From assembly GCF_009914755.1 (NCBI RefSeq), contig NC_060947.1: DNA of 64,000 bases; one strand, written 5' to 3'. Under the pieces are notes generated by a model. It was not told where the DNA came from and ran no database searches. It was given only the letters and a program-made list of their open reading frames with translations. Within the stretch, counting starts at the first letter, position 1. Every line of letters starts with the position of its first letter. This document shows positions 1 to 18,807 of the stretch, one piece after another. The translations under genes were made by a program, and so were the position numbers. The DNA is from the human T2T-CHM13v2.0 reference genome, Homo sapiens.

Positions 1-2528
1 TTTTGAGCCTATGTGCATCTTTGCATGAGATGGGTCTCCTGAATACAGCACACCGATGGGTCTTGACTGTTTATCCAATTTGCCAGTCTGTGTCTTTTAA
101 TTGGGGTATTTAGCCTGTTTATATTTAAGGTTATTATTGTGTGTGAATTTGATCCTCTCATTATGATGCTAGCTGGTTATTTTGCACATTAGTTGACGCA
201 GTTTCTTCATAGTGTCGATGGCCTTTAGAATTTGGTATGTTTTTGCAGTGGCTGGTACCCGTTGTTCCTTTTTATGTGTAGTGCTTTTTTCAGGAGTTCT
301 TGTAAGGCAGTCCTGGTGGTGACAAAATCTCAGAATTTGCTTCTCTAAATGATTTTATTTCTTCACTTATGAAGCTTAGTTTGGCTGGATATGAAATTCT
401 GAGTTGAAAATTCTTTTTTTACAGAATGTTGAATATTGGCCCCCACTCTCTTCTAGCTTGTAGAGTTTCTGCAGAGAGATTTGCTGTTAGTCTGATGGGC
501 TTCCCTTTGTGGGTAAGTCAAACTTTCTCTCTGGCTGCCCTTAACATTTTTTCCTTCATTTCAACCTTGCTGAATCTGACAATTATGTGTCTTGGAGTTG
601 CCCTTCTCAAAGAGTATCTTTGCGGTGTCCTGTGTATTTCCCCAATTTGAATGTTGGTCTGTCTTGCTAGGTTGGGGGAATTCTCCTGGATAATATCCTG
701 AAGAGTGTTTTCCAAATTGGTTCCATTCTCCACGTCACTTTTAGGGACCCCAATCAATCATAGATTTGGGCTTTTCACATAGTCCCATATTTCTTGGAGG
801 CTTTGTTCGTGCCTTTTCATTCTTTTTTTCTCTAATCTTGTCTTCTCACTTTATTTCATTAAGTTGACCTTCAATCTCTGATATCCTTTCTACTGCTTGA
901 AACAGAATCTGTCTGCAGAAACTCTACAATCAATTCATCTATTGACACCTGTGTATGCTTCATGAAGTTTTCGTGCTGTGTTTTTTTAGCTCCATCAGGT
1001 CATTTATGTTCTTCTCTAAACTGGTTATTCTAGTTAGCAATTCCTCTAACCTTTTCTCAAAGTTCTTAGTTTAATTGCATTGTGTTAGAACATGCTCCTT
1101 TAGCTTAGAGGAGTTTATTACCCACGTTCTGAAGCCTACTTCTGTCAGTTTGTTAAACTCATTCTCCATCCAGTTTTGTTCCCTTGCTGGCGAGGAGTTG
1201 TGATCCTTTGGAGGAGAAGAGGTGTTCTGGTTTTTGGAATTTTCAGCCTTTTGCACTGGTTTTTCCTCATCATCATGGATTTATCTACCTTTGGTCTTTG
1301 ATGTTGGTGACCTTCGGATGGGGTTTTTGTATGGAAGTCCTTTTTGTTGATGTTGATGCTATTCCTTTCTGTTTGTTAGTTTTCCTTCTAACAGTCATGC
1401 CACTCAGCTGCAGGTCTGCTGCAGTTTGCTGGAGGTCCACTCCAGACCCTATTTGCCTGGGTATCACCAGTGGAAGCTGCAGAACCACAAAGATTGCTGC
1501 CTGTTTCTTCCTTTGGAAGCTTCATCCCAGAGGGGCACCTGCCAGATGCCAGCTGGAGCTCTCTTGTATGAGGTGTCTGTTAACCCCTGCTGGGAGGTGT
1601 CTCCTAGTCAGGAGGCACAGGGGTCAGGGACCCACTTGAGGAGGCCATCTTTCCCTTAGCAGAGCTCGAGCACTGTGCTGGGAGATTTTCTGCTATTTTC
1701 AGAGCTGGTAGGTGGGAACGTTTAAGTCTGCTGAAGCTGCACCCACAGATGCCCCTTTCCCCTGGTGCTCTGTCCCAGGGAGTTGGGAGTTTTTTCTATA
1801 AACCCCTGACTGGGGCTGCTGCCTTTCTTTCAGAGATGCCCTGCTCAGAGAGGAGGAATCTAGAGAGGCAGTCTGGCTACAGTTTTTGCCGAGCTGTGGT
1901 GGGCTCTGCCCAGTTCGAACTTCCTGGCAGCTTTGTTTACACTGACAGCGGAAAACTGCCTAACCAAGCCTCAGTATCAGCAGACGCCTCTACCCCCACG
2001 AAGCTGGGGTGGGATCCACTGAGCTACACCACTTGGCTCCCTGGCTTCAGCCCCCTTTCTAGGGGGAGTCAACAGTTCTGTCTCGCTGGTGTTCCAGGCG
2101 CCACTGGGGTATGAAAAGAAACTGCAGCTATCTCGGTGTCTGCCCAAACAGCCACCAAATTTTGTGCTTGAAGCCCAGGGCCCTGGTAGCATAGGCACCT
2201 GAGGGAATCTCCTGATCTGTGGGTTGCAAAGAGCGTGGGAAAAGCATAGTATCTGGGCTGGACTGCACCATTTTTCATGGCACAGTCCCTCACAGCTTCC
2301 CTTGGCTAGGGAAGGGAGTTCCTTGACCCCTTGCGTTTCCTGGGTGAGGCAACACTCCACCCTGCTCAGCTGGCCCTTCGTGAGCTGCACCCACTGTCTA
2401 ACCAATTCCGATGAGATGAGCTGGGTACCTCAGTTGGAAATGCAGAAATCACCTTCCTTCTGTGATGAGCTCGCTGGGATCTTCAGACCACAGCTGTTAT
2501 TATTCAGCCATCTTGCCTGCCACCCCCT
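1..2528 (-). mobile_element. LINE-1 (L1PA7/L1PA8-like), 5'UTR + disrupted ORF1 + start of ORF2; continues beyond left edge
   Basis: Minus-strand ORF1 peptides (ENTLQDIIQENSPNLARQ, KAENSKNQNTSSPPKDH); 5' end reads GGGGTGGCAGGCAAGATGGCTGAATA on minus strand; collinear with the copy at 31.5-34.0 kb. Confidence 0.95.
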
Positions 2529-2807
2529 TAAGCTTTTTATTATTTTCCCATTTCTCAGGTTGTCCACTGAATTTTTTATCTTGTTTCTTGCAGCAATAAA
2601 GAGCCACAATGTTGAATTTACCTAATTGTTTGCCACCAACTAATTGTTTTTGACAATTAGTTAGGTGAGAAGCATTTTTGTAGCGATCCAAATTAAGTCA
2701 GGTGACTCTGGGGACAGCAAAACTGCCAGTTTACCATGCTGTGATACTGAGTGTTGGGGGATGGGGTGGTGAATGGGAACAGTTGTAAATTAAAATGCCA
2801 AGGGCCA

Positions 2808-3560
<753 letters not shown>

Positions 3561-3984
3561 TTTGAGAAAAATAATTCTTGAGGCCTATTTAATCACTTCC
3601 TAGAAAAAATTATTGACATCACTCCCAGAGTCCCAGGAGAGCAACACTAAATGCAACTTAGTTAAAAATTTTTCTGTCATAGCCATATACACTATATTCT
3701 AAATACACACACATAAGCACATTAGATACATATTCACACACAATAGGTAGAAACACATACAGAGGAAAAAAAATATATATATATATATATCCTATGTCTT
3801 TCCTAGACAGCCCTTTCTGACTAAAAAAGTATACTTTTGTGCCAATCAGAGAAAATTTCAGTCACCTAAAAACCTCATAAATGGAGAAAATCTGTTCATA
3901 GTAAAACAGCAGTCTGAAGCTCTGTGGGGTAATTATGGCCTCCAGGGCTCTACCAAGTAAAGAAAGCTGTGGCTGTAGCTTTCA

Positions 3985-4167
<183 letters not shown>

Positions 4168-4179
4168 TTACAGTGAAAA

Positions 4180-4340
4180 AACCATACAGATTGGAAAGGA
4201 AGGAAAAATACTGTCTCTATTCACAGATGACATGACTATTTATGTAAAATATTCCCAAAGAATATACAAAAATTTCTATTAAAATTAATGAATTTAGCAA
4301 GATTGCAGGATTAAAGGCCAATGTACAAAAATTAGTTGTA
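4180..4340 (+). mobile_element. Old L1M ORF2 fragment
   Basis: CTGTCTCTATTCACAGATGACATGACT resembles the [11 protein letters not shown] segment. Confidence 0.7.
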
Positions 4341-4344
4341 AAGG

Positions 4345-10050
<5,706 letters not shown>

Positions 10051-10059
10051 AGCAAAACC

Positions 10060-10395
10060 AATTCTACTCTGATTTGTATGGGTGTCGATCTCTGTGTTTA
10101 TCTTCCTTGCAGTTCGTTGATCCTATTAGATGTATGTAGACGAATGTTTTCACCGAATTTGGGAGGATTTCAGCCATTATTTAAATTAAATAGTTTTTCT
10201 GCTCATTTTCTTCTTTCTGGTAGTTCCATTATGTATACGTTAGTGCACTTAATGGTGGCCCATCTTTCTTTGAGTTTCTTTTCATTTTTGTTTATGTTTT
10301 TCACTCTGCTCTGCAGATTGCATAATCTCTATTAATCTATTTCCAAGTTCACTGATTCTTTCTTCTGGCAAATCAAATCTACTCTTGAGTTGCTC
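10060..10395 (-). mobile_element. Old L1M ORF1 fragment
   Basis: Minus ORF ...LKSRFDLPEERISELGNRLIEIMQSAEQ resembles the ORF1p coiled coil. Confidence 0.75.
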
Positions 10396-10399
10396 TTGC

Positions 10400-10877
10400 T
10401 CCTCACCCACTGTTGGAACATACATATCTTGAAGAACTCCCCATTTCCCAATGGCCCTCTGAGGCATGCTGCCCTCTTCTCTCAAATATCTGTAAGTAAT
10501 AAAAACTGCTTCTTATTTCATATATCCTTTTTTTTTGTGCTGCCTCTTCTGTGTCTCACCTGACCATCACACCTGAATCTAATTCTCCTCCTAGTTAGAG
10601 CTTTCCTAGAGAGTGGCTATCTTGGTAGGAATAAACTGGACACAGATCAGAGAAGAGCCACAAGGGCATCTTCCAGTATAAACATGTTTCTTATCAGAAG
10701 GACACCTGATCATGGTCAAGTGGGTTGGACACTTAGGCATTAGGCTGTCCTCCAGGATAAAGAGGTATCCCATAAAAGGTACATTGTAAACATCCAGGAC
10801 AACCTCCCCTGGAGTCTTGTCAGCGCAGAGCAAGGATTTGTGGCCACTCTCCAGAGAGAGACCCCAAGACCAAATTT

Positions 10878-10923
<46 letters not shown>

Positions 10924-10954
10924 TGTATATATATATACGTGTATATATATAGCA
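10400..10954 (+). mobile_element. Class III (ERVL-type) LTR, 3' part, with a microsatellite near its end
   Basis: AATAAA at about 10498, U5-like GAGAGTGGCTATCTTGG...CCAAGACCAAATT, terminal CA immediately before a PBS-like sequence; subfamily (LTR32/LTR47/MER76-like) not certain. Confidence 0.7.
10878..10950. repeat. (TA)n(TG)n(TA)n compound microsatellite
   Basis: Direct reading. Confidence 0.97.
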
Positions 10955-10956
10955 AT

Positions 10957-10974
10957 TGATGCATCAAGCAGAGT
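10957..10974 (+). other. Degenerate retroviral primer-binding site, tRNA-Ser type
   Basis: TGATGCATCAAGCAGAGT matches 13/18 to recalled TGGCGCAGCGAGCAGGGT; located 2 nt after the LTR end. Confidence 0.55.
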
Positions 10975-12469
10975 GGTCATGACCATGAGGGATACAACAA
11001 AATGCCTTTAGACTGCTTTTGGCCTGTTAGCTGGCCCTCTCACCTGGCTAACACCATTTGAGAAGGCTCCATGGCTTGCTGATGTGTGTCTGTGCTGCTG
11101 CATCCTACTGCTTATTGTCTTTATTAAGTACCGCCAAAACTCCCCTCCCTAAATTGAGTGCGTCCTAGAAAGTTGGAGTTCTCTCCAAGAACCAACAATC
11201 ACCTGCCTTAGTACAGCAAGAGAGGCAACCATGATCGCTATCACTCTCCTGAATGGGAACTACTAGTCACAGTTAAGTTGACTGTATTCTGAAGGCCTTG
11301 CCCAGATTCGAATGGCTTATTACTGAGAGGTTAAAGGGAGTAACCTGTGCTAAGGGGCTGTCAGGAAGATACTGGGCCAGTGTAAGCCTTAGCAGATGGC
11401 AAGAGGAAGATATACTCTGACTACCCACTGAATTGGTGAGGCAGTATCTGGGGCTAGACTTTCCAGTATGACAAGAGGGGTGCCTACTTCACTGGGGAGA
11501 TGACAGCATCTCACTGGCAGCAGTGGCACTGTGATCTACAATCGATATGTTTCTGTCTTCTCTTCCTTCTGTCACTCTTGATCCCCTTACCCTATGTGTT
11601 ACCCTATTGGTTTAACCCCATTGTGTGTGATGACAAAGAACTTAATGATTCAAATTAAAAGGCCAGAACATTTCTTTGCCAACTCTCCCATGATCTCTGA
11701 GGAGGTTAGCAAACTATTAAAGAAATAGGGCTTGGGGCCTTGCCAAGTGATCCTGCCACTGTTGCACTAGTGGAGGCTGATCCAAATCCAGATGATGTTG
11801 ATCGGGATGCCTTGGAGAGCAAGGCAGCTACCTACAACAGGACCAATGAAAACCACAAATGGAGGCCACTGGTCACAACAGGAGCCACTTGGAACCACCA
11901 GGAGCTTGTTAGGCAAACATCCAAAAAGAGAGAGAAAAGAGAATGTTTTTAGTCACCTAGAAATACAAGCCATTCTAAAGATTTTACTTAAAAGAAAAGA
12001 ATGGTGGAGGCTCATTGTCCTGTTGTGGGAGGTTGTCCCAGGGAAAGGGACCTGGAGACACCAGGTCCCTTCCTCCTCCCTGTATTCCTCTAATAAACCA
12101 GATACAGAAACTATGAACCACAGTGTCAGGAGGCTAAAAACCTAAAACAAAACAAAACACAATAAGGAAAAAATACTGCTGCTTTCAGTGGCTTCAAGTT
12201 GAAGGAAAAAAACAAAGAGGAACTTCAACTTTAAGAATTGAGGAAAATCAGCTCTAGCAAGCAAAATACTAGCCCTAGATTACTTATCGATTTATAAATA
12301 AACCCCTAATAAAAGGGGATAAAAGATACATAATAAATTATATATACATATATTTTGATATCAATGTATGATAAATTGTGTATATGTGTATATATGATAT
12401 GTAACTAAAAGCAAAATTCCACACCTTGATTCAATTAAAAATTCAAAATTTATATAACAAAAAGGTTTA

Positions 12470-12744
<275 letters not shown>

Positions 12745-13551
12745 TGTTTAAAAAGGGTGCTGATTGGTTTTTGTGCCTCTACAACATAGATTATAACTTA
12801 ACTTTAACAACTGGTAGAATGGACCAAAATTGAAAAAAATCTATGGATTTAATCAATACTAGGGCTCAAATTATACCTGGGCACCTCAATAAATTTAAAC
12901 ATTGTGCCCCCTATATTCTTAAAATGGTAACTAAATATAATAGAGAAAAATAGATATGCCTTAATTTGTTGCCTTGCCTAAATTTCTCATAGTCATAGTA
13001 CCCAATGCTGTAACATATACCATATTGGAATTAAATGCTCTGACACAACAAATAATGAATTAAAGTCAAAGCAAATCTTTGGCTGTTAAAAACTGGCTTG
13101 ATGGAATGGGATTCCATGAACACCCAGTTAAAAGACTTCATATGGCCCAATGTAAGCTAAAATGAGGGCTGCAAAGCTTAAAACTTATTACATGAAACCC
13201 AACTAATAAAGAAGTGATTATTCTCAATGCTTCTCCATTTAGCAGACCATTTTGACATTTGATTGCTCTTAAATCTGAAATAAATAAATTTAAAAAGGGG
13301 TTCTCAAGATGGCTTACTACCACCTTAATGATGTGGTCCCAATCATCAAGGCTCCCTACCCAATATGTGAAATTATTAATATTAATGATTCTATTCTGTC
13401 AACAATCAGTAAATATTTTGTTCTTATAGATTGGCTAATATGTTCTGTTTAATGCCTGTTTCAACAGTCTCTCAGCTGCAGTTTGCTTCCACCTCCGAAA
13501 GGGACACAATACACCTTTTCTAGGTTACTGATGGGGTACCACAATAGCTTT

Positions 13552-13848
13552 TTTTTTTTTTTTTTTTGAGACAGGGTCTCACTCTGTTGCCCAGGCTGGA
13601 GTGTGATGGTGCGATCTCAGCTCACTGCAACCTCCGCTTCCTGCGTTGAAGCGATTCTCATGTCTCAGCCTCTGAGTAGCCGGGATTACAGGTGTGTGCC
13701 ACCACACCCAGCTAATTTTTGTATTTTTAGTAGAGATGGGGTTTCACCATGTTGGCCAGGCTGGTCTCGAACCCCTGACCTCAGATGATCCACCCGTCTT
13801 GGCCTCCCAAAATGCTGGGATTACAGGCGTGAGCCACCGCGCCCAGCC
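13552..13848 (-). mobile_element. AluS (Sx/Sz-like) inserted in ERV pol
   Basis: Poly(T) then antisense Alu; TSD CACAATAGCTTT at 13540-13551 and 13849-13860. Confidence 0.97.
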
Positions 13849-14459
13849 CACAATAGCTTTTTTATCACATGCAATCTTTGGAGATAAGACCCTGATGGCA
13901 TGTATCTTTCTCCAGGAATAAAGGTCTGATATTACATGAATGACATCCTCTTTCAAGGAGATTCATGTGACACACTCACTAAGTACATATAAGTCCAGTA
14001 TGTTTTTTACTTATAAATTAAAATTGACCATCACTCCTATTAGTGCTTTCAAAAAACCTCATTCACGACAACTTTTTCACGCCTTCTGGAGTCTGTGGAT
14101 CACTCCTGATGGCCATTAGTTGCTCCAGGGCTTCTAATGCAACATATTGCCCCTCTTGGCCTTGTGCTATGCACCATTAAAACAACAAATACCTGCCTAC
14201 ATACTGGGCACATTTGGAAATAGAAGATCTCATAGACCTTGAGCCTGTGACCCTCCATACCCAGCTGCTCATTATGCTTTGGGTCATGGAAGCAGCACGC
14301 CACAAGCTCAGCCTGGCTATGAAGGAAGACCTCGTTAAAACAGGGTGGAGCCAAACTTGGGTGGAGCCCATCTTAGGATAGGGCCCAAGAAACAACACAC
14401 TTAGCCAAACCTCAGGCAGTCATCTTAGCATTGGATGCCCTGATCAACAAATGGTCCTG

Positions 14460-14758
14460 ACCAGGAATAGCTCACACCTGTAATCCAAGTGCTTTGGGGG
14501 ACAGAGGTGAAAGGATCACTTGAGGCCAAGAATTCAAGAGAAGTCTGGGCAACATAGTGAGACCCTGTCTCTACAAAAATAATAAAAATAAAAAAAATTA
14601 GCCAGGCATGGTGCTGCATACCAGTAGTCCTAGCTACTCAGGAGACTGAGACAGAGATCACTTGAGCCCAGGAGTTCGAGGTTACAATGAGCTATGATCA
14701 TGCCATTGTACTCCAGCCTGGGCAACAGAGGGAGACTCTGTCTCAAAAAAAAAAAAAA
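14460..14758 (+). mobile_element. AluJ (Jo/Jr-like)
   Basis: AGGATCACTTGAGGCCAAGAATTC, GAGCTATGATC, poly(A). Confidence 0.92.
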
Positions 14759-15298
14759 TTAAAAACAGAATTACTATATGATCCAGTAATTCCACTTCTC
14801 AGTATATATTCCAAGGAAGTGAAGGCAGGGACTCAAGCAGATATTTGCACACCCATGTTCATAGCAGCATTATTCACAATACACAAAAGATGGTGGCAAC
14901 CCAGTGTACATTAATTGATTAATAAATAAACAAGATGTTGTATATAAATACAATGGAATATTATTCAGCCTTAAAGAGGGAGAAAATTTTGACACATGGA
15001 TGAAACTTGAGGACATTAGGCTAAGTGAAATATATCAATAATAAAAAGATAAATACTGTATACAGTTATATGAGGTACCTAGAGTAAATTCATAGAAACA
15101 AAAAGTAGAGGGGTGGTTTCTAGAGGCTGAAAGGAGGGAGAAATGGGAGTCTTGTTTAATGAGTATAGTGTTTCAATTTTGCAAAAGATTGGTTGTACCA
15201 CAATGAAAATGTACTTACAACTACTGAACTGGAAACTTAAAAATGGTTTTAAGATAGTAAGTTTTATATTATGTATATTTTACCACAATTTAAAAAAC
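14759..15298 (+). mobile_element. L1MB-type 3' end
   Basis: ORF2 C-terminus ELLYDPVIPLLSIY...[12 protein letters not shown] followed by 3'UTR ending TTTTACCACAATTTAAAAAA. Confidence 0.88.
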
Positions 15299-15299
15299 C

Positions 15300-15810
15300 T
15301 AATTAATAAAGAGGTGATTATCTCCACTGCTTCTTGATTTGATAGCCAAATTTTCTTGTTCTTAACAAGAAAATTAAAAATATATTTATTTGGCATAGAT
15401 ACATAGATACAAAAATACACCTGATGGCATCTCAGGATGGATTATTACAACCTGTGGTCTCATCCATTAAGGCCCCCATACGAAATACCCAATATTACGA
15501 AAATTACTGACTCTATCCAATCAACAACTGATAAATATTTTGCTATTACGTATTTGGCTAATATGTTCTGTTCAGTGCCTATTTCAACAGCATCTCACCA
15601 CAGTTTGCCTTCATCTCCAAAGGAACACAATACTCTTCTTCAGGCTACCCATGGGGTACCTAAACAGCTTTGCCATTGCACACAATCTTTGCAGATGAGA
15701 GCCTAACTACTTTCACCTTTTACCAGGATCACAGGTATAACATCATCCTCCAAGGAGATTCATTTGATACATTCATTTAGAATCTACAAGTCCAACATCT
15801 TTTAATCCTT
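15300..15810 (+). mobile_element. Second class III ERV reverse-transcriptase fragment
   Basis: ORF 15437-15706 IPNITKITDSIQSTTDKYFAITYLANMFCSVPISTAS; paralogous to 13204-14010. Confidence 0.8.
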
Positions 15811-15849
15811 TTTGAGTTCTGATGGCAACGCATTCCTCATTTACAAATA

Positions 15850-16261
15850 GAAATAGGCTGCTCCACAAGGGAAGTGTCTGAGTTAGTTTTGTAGGATCTT
15901 TCTACAGGGAAGGGTTACATCAGGGCATGTATAGGAGAGGTTTTTCTAGTGTTTGTGCAGTGGCTCAACATGCTTCTTCATACATTGTATGTAGCATTAG
16001 CATTTTAAATCACCCTTGGGCATGATTTTTAGCATTAAAAATGAGGAAGAGTTAACTATAGGTTGGAATTTAAGTATATCTGCACATGCAGGTACTCCAG
16101 GGAAGTCTCTAGCCCCCTGAAACAGAAACTTGCGATAATTATTTCTTGGGTCTTTTGTTACTGACTGGTTGAGGGTCACATAAGCTAGATCTTGAGTGAG
16201 AGGTTTTTATCCTTTTTCTCCAGACCATATTAAAACAGGAAACCAACCAGCCTGCCTGTCT
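15850..16261. mobile_element. ERV1-type LTR fragment (MER4/MER50-group-like)
   Basis: CATGCTTCTTCATACATTGTATGTAGCATTAGCATTTTAAATC motif recalled from MER4-group LTRs. Confidence 0.45.
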
Positions 16262-16438
16262 CAAGAAGGAAGGTACCAGGCTCTTTTTAACAACGAGCTC
16301 TGGTGGGAAATAATCGAACAAGAACTTACTCACACCCAAGGGAGATAACCCACACACCACCCACTAAGCCTCACCTCTAACATTGAGGATCAAATTTCAC
16401 CATGCGATTAGGATGGGACAAACTTCCGAACTATAGCA
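16262..16438 (-). mobile_element. MST (MaLR) LTR fragment
   Basis: ...GGATCAAATTTCACCATG...GGGACAAAC...AACTATAGCA is the reverse complement of an MST LTR start. Confidence 0.7.
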
Positions 16439-16819
16439 GTCTCATATATAATGTGTTTTTAAGTACATGGAGGTTACATATATACGAAATCTAGGAGAGG
16501 TTACTACTATCTGTACCTCTCTAAAAATTAATGGAGATCATTATTTTCCCCAGAAGGACCTGTCACGTATCAGTCAACTCCTTGACTCCCTAGAGAGGGG
16601 ACCACTCACTCTACTGTGCCCTCTCCTTCTCCACCTCCAGCGTTACATCCTGCCCTTCTTCTCCAATCACTACCACAGCAATCACCCTTTCCCCTTGGTC
16701 ACACAAAAATACCACTAATATCTACATATACTTTACTAACTTATCAGTTCGTAACCTGCCTGCAGCAACATAACTGTTTGACTCTTCACTTTGACTCAAG
16801 AAATACACCAAGATATTAC

Positions 16820-16947
16820 TGTTTATATATACGTATATATGTGTGTGTGTATCTATATCTGTCATACACACATTTATATGTGTATATGTGATATATATCC
16901 ACATACGTATGTATATATAAATATATATATATCATACATATATATAA
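16820..16947. repeat. Degenerate (TA)/(TG)/(CA) low-complexity tract
   Basis: Direct reading. Confidence 0.85.
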
Positions 16948-17232
16948 ACTTTAACACACTTTACAACTCCAACAAGATATTGTTAGAGATCTCAGAAATT
17001 TCAGATCTACTTTTTTTGGTTAATGCCATATAAATGAGAAACTTAATCATGGTCCAGCCTATAAAGACTCTTATATTTAATACTTCTACTTGCATTCCTT
17101 TCTTTTGATTCCCATTATAAAATGTTTTCTAGGCCATTTGGGAAAACATATGTCCTAATGTATAGTCTCTATCATCATCCCAATATGTTTTTAATATGAT
17201 ATCAAAGTATCACAGGGCCAATTGTATTCAAT

Positions 17233-17782
17233 TGTATTAACCATGTCTTTAATTTTCTATATTCTGATGCTTTGACATCTTGAGGCAGTGCTGACCTTGG
17301 AAGGATTGCTCCTCCCAGGATTAGCCAATTTCTAGAGACAGTAAACAACTGGATTATGAAAGTGTCTTTCATATGCAAACCAACCACTCCAGAGTCCATA
17401 TCCTCCATCACCTCCTTTATTGGCTTCTCAGGCACAGGACCACTATTTACCTGCCCAAATCACCCCCGGGTCGGGTATCAGACAACTAGGAAAAGCCCCT
17501 AAGCTGTAGAGCCTGCTAAAATTATTCAAACTAGCTAATTCTAAACCTGCTTACTTTAACTTGCCTATTCCTTCCCTCAGAAACCACAATAAAGGCTCTC
17601 GCCCACATTCTTCCCTCACCCTCTGCCTCCTGACTGACACTGGTGCTTTCCTGGGTGAACCCTGACGGTGTGGCATGCCTCTTCTTGTGATCTGTGAGTA
17701 TAACAGTCTTTTCAATGGCAGAGATTTCCTGATTTGTTGGTCTTACCTACTTAAATAATAATAAAAGCCATATTTTAAAACA
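17233..17782 (+). mobile_element. Solo ERV1 LTR (MER39/MER34-like)
   Basis: Begins TGTATTAACC, CCAAT box, AATAAA at about 17588, ends AAAACA. Confidence 0.7.
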
Positions 17783-18516
17783 CTACCCCAAACAGACAAA
17801 AGCTCTGTGGGGTAATTTATTTGGGAACTGATCCCAAGAGTAGAAATGAAGTATATAGGAGTATTTTAAAAAGGAAGGAAAGCCAGTACAAGGAATAATT
17901 CCAAATTTTAGTTACCATGCAACTGATAACAGGTATATGATCTTGGGGACCTTCTGAGTTGCATTATGAAATATATCTCAGAACTGTCTAGTTGAAGGAC
18001 ATAAGAGGGAAGGATTTAGCCAACACCTCCCATTCCCTTATTAGTCAAGATAATCCCATGTAACCTAATTCTGCCACACATCCTATTTGCACATGTCTGA
18101 CTGCCCACTGGTCTGTAATTTGCCCAGTGATTTGGCATCAGAGAAGCCCCTGTGCAAGAAGCAAGATATACACTGCACTGGGCCAGTGCAAGGCCTTGTC
18201 AGATTATGCTTGCATAGAACTGGTCACCACAGCAGTGACTCGATTAAGAGAAGACATGATTTGACATGCACACAAGCTGTACCCAAAGCACCTTACAGGT
18301 ACTTGTTTTGCATTTTGTTAATATATCTCTTAAGCCTCTTTAACTCTCTAAGTTCCCCCTCGTTCTCTTATTTTTTTTATTCTTTGCAAATTATTTGTTG
18401 AAGAAATATAGTCAATTATTGTTTAGACTTTTCCAGAGTCTGGATTTTGCTGATTGAGTTTCAATGATGTCATTTAACATGTTCCCCTGGCTCTATGTTT
18501 CTTACAAAATATAAGC

Positions 18517-18680
18517 TAGGCAGGGTGACACACACCTGTAGTCCAAGCTACTCAGGATGCAAAGGCAAAAAAATTTCTTTAGACCAGGAGTTCAAGGCTG
18601 CAGTATGCTATGATCACACCTGTGAACAGTCACTGTGCTCCAGCCTGGGAAACACAATGAGACCCCACCCATAAAAAAAA
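18517..18680 (+). mobile_element. Alu monomer (FRAM/AluJ right arm)
   Basis: CACCTGTAGTCCAAGCTACTC...AGGCTGCAGT...CAGCCTGGG, short A tail. Confidence 0.8.
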
Positions 18681-18807
18681 TTTAAAAGTACAGATGCTTT
18701 GTTTAACTTGAGGTACAGTTTGTATAGGAGGTCAAAATAAATGCTTCTCTCTTTACCTTTTTGAAAATCAGCTTTCCAAACAATTGTTCTCTATCATCTT
18801 CCAAAGG

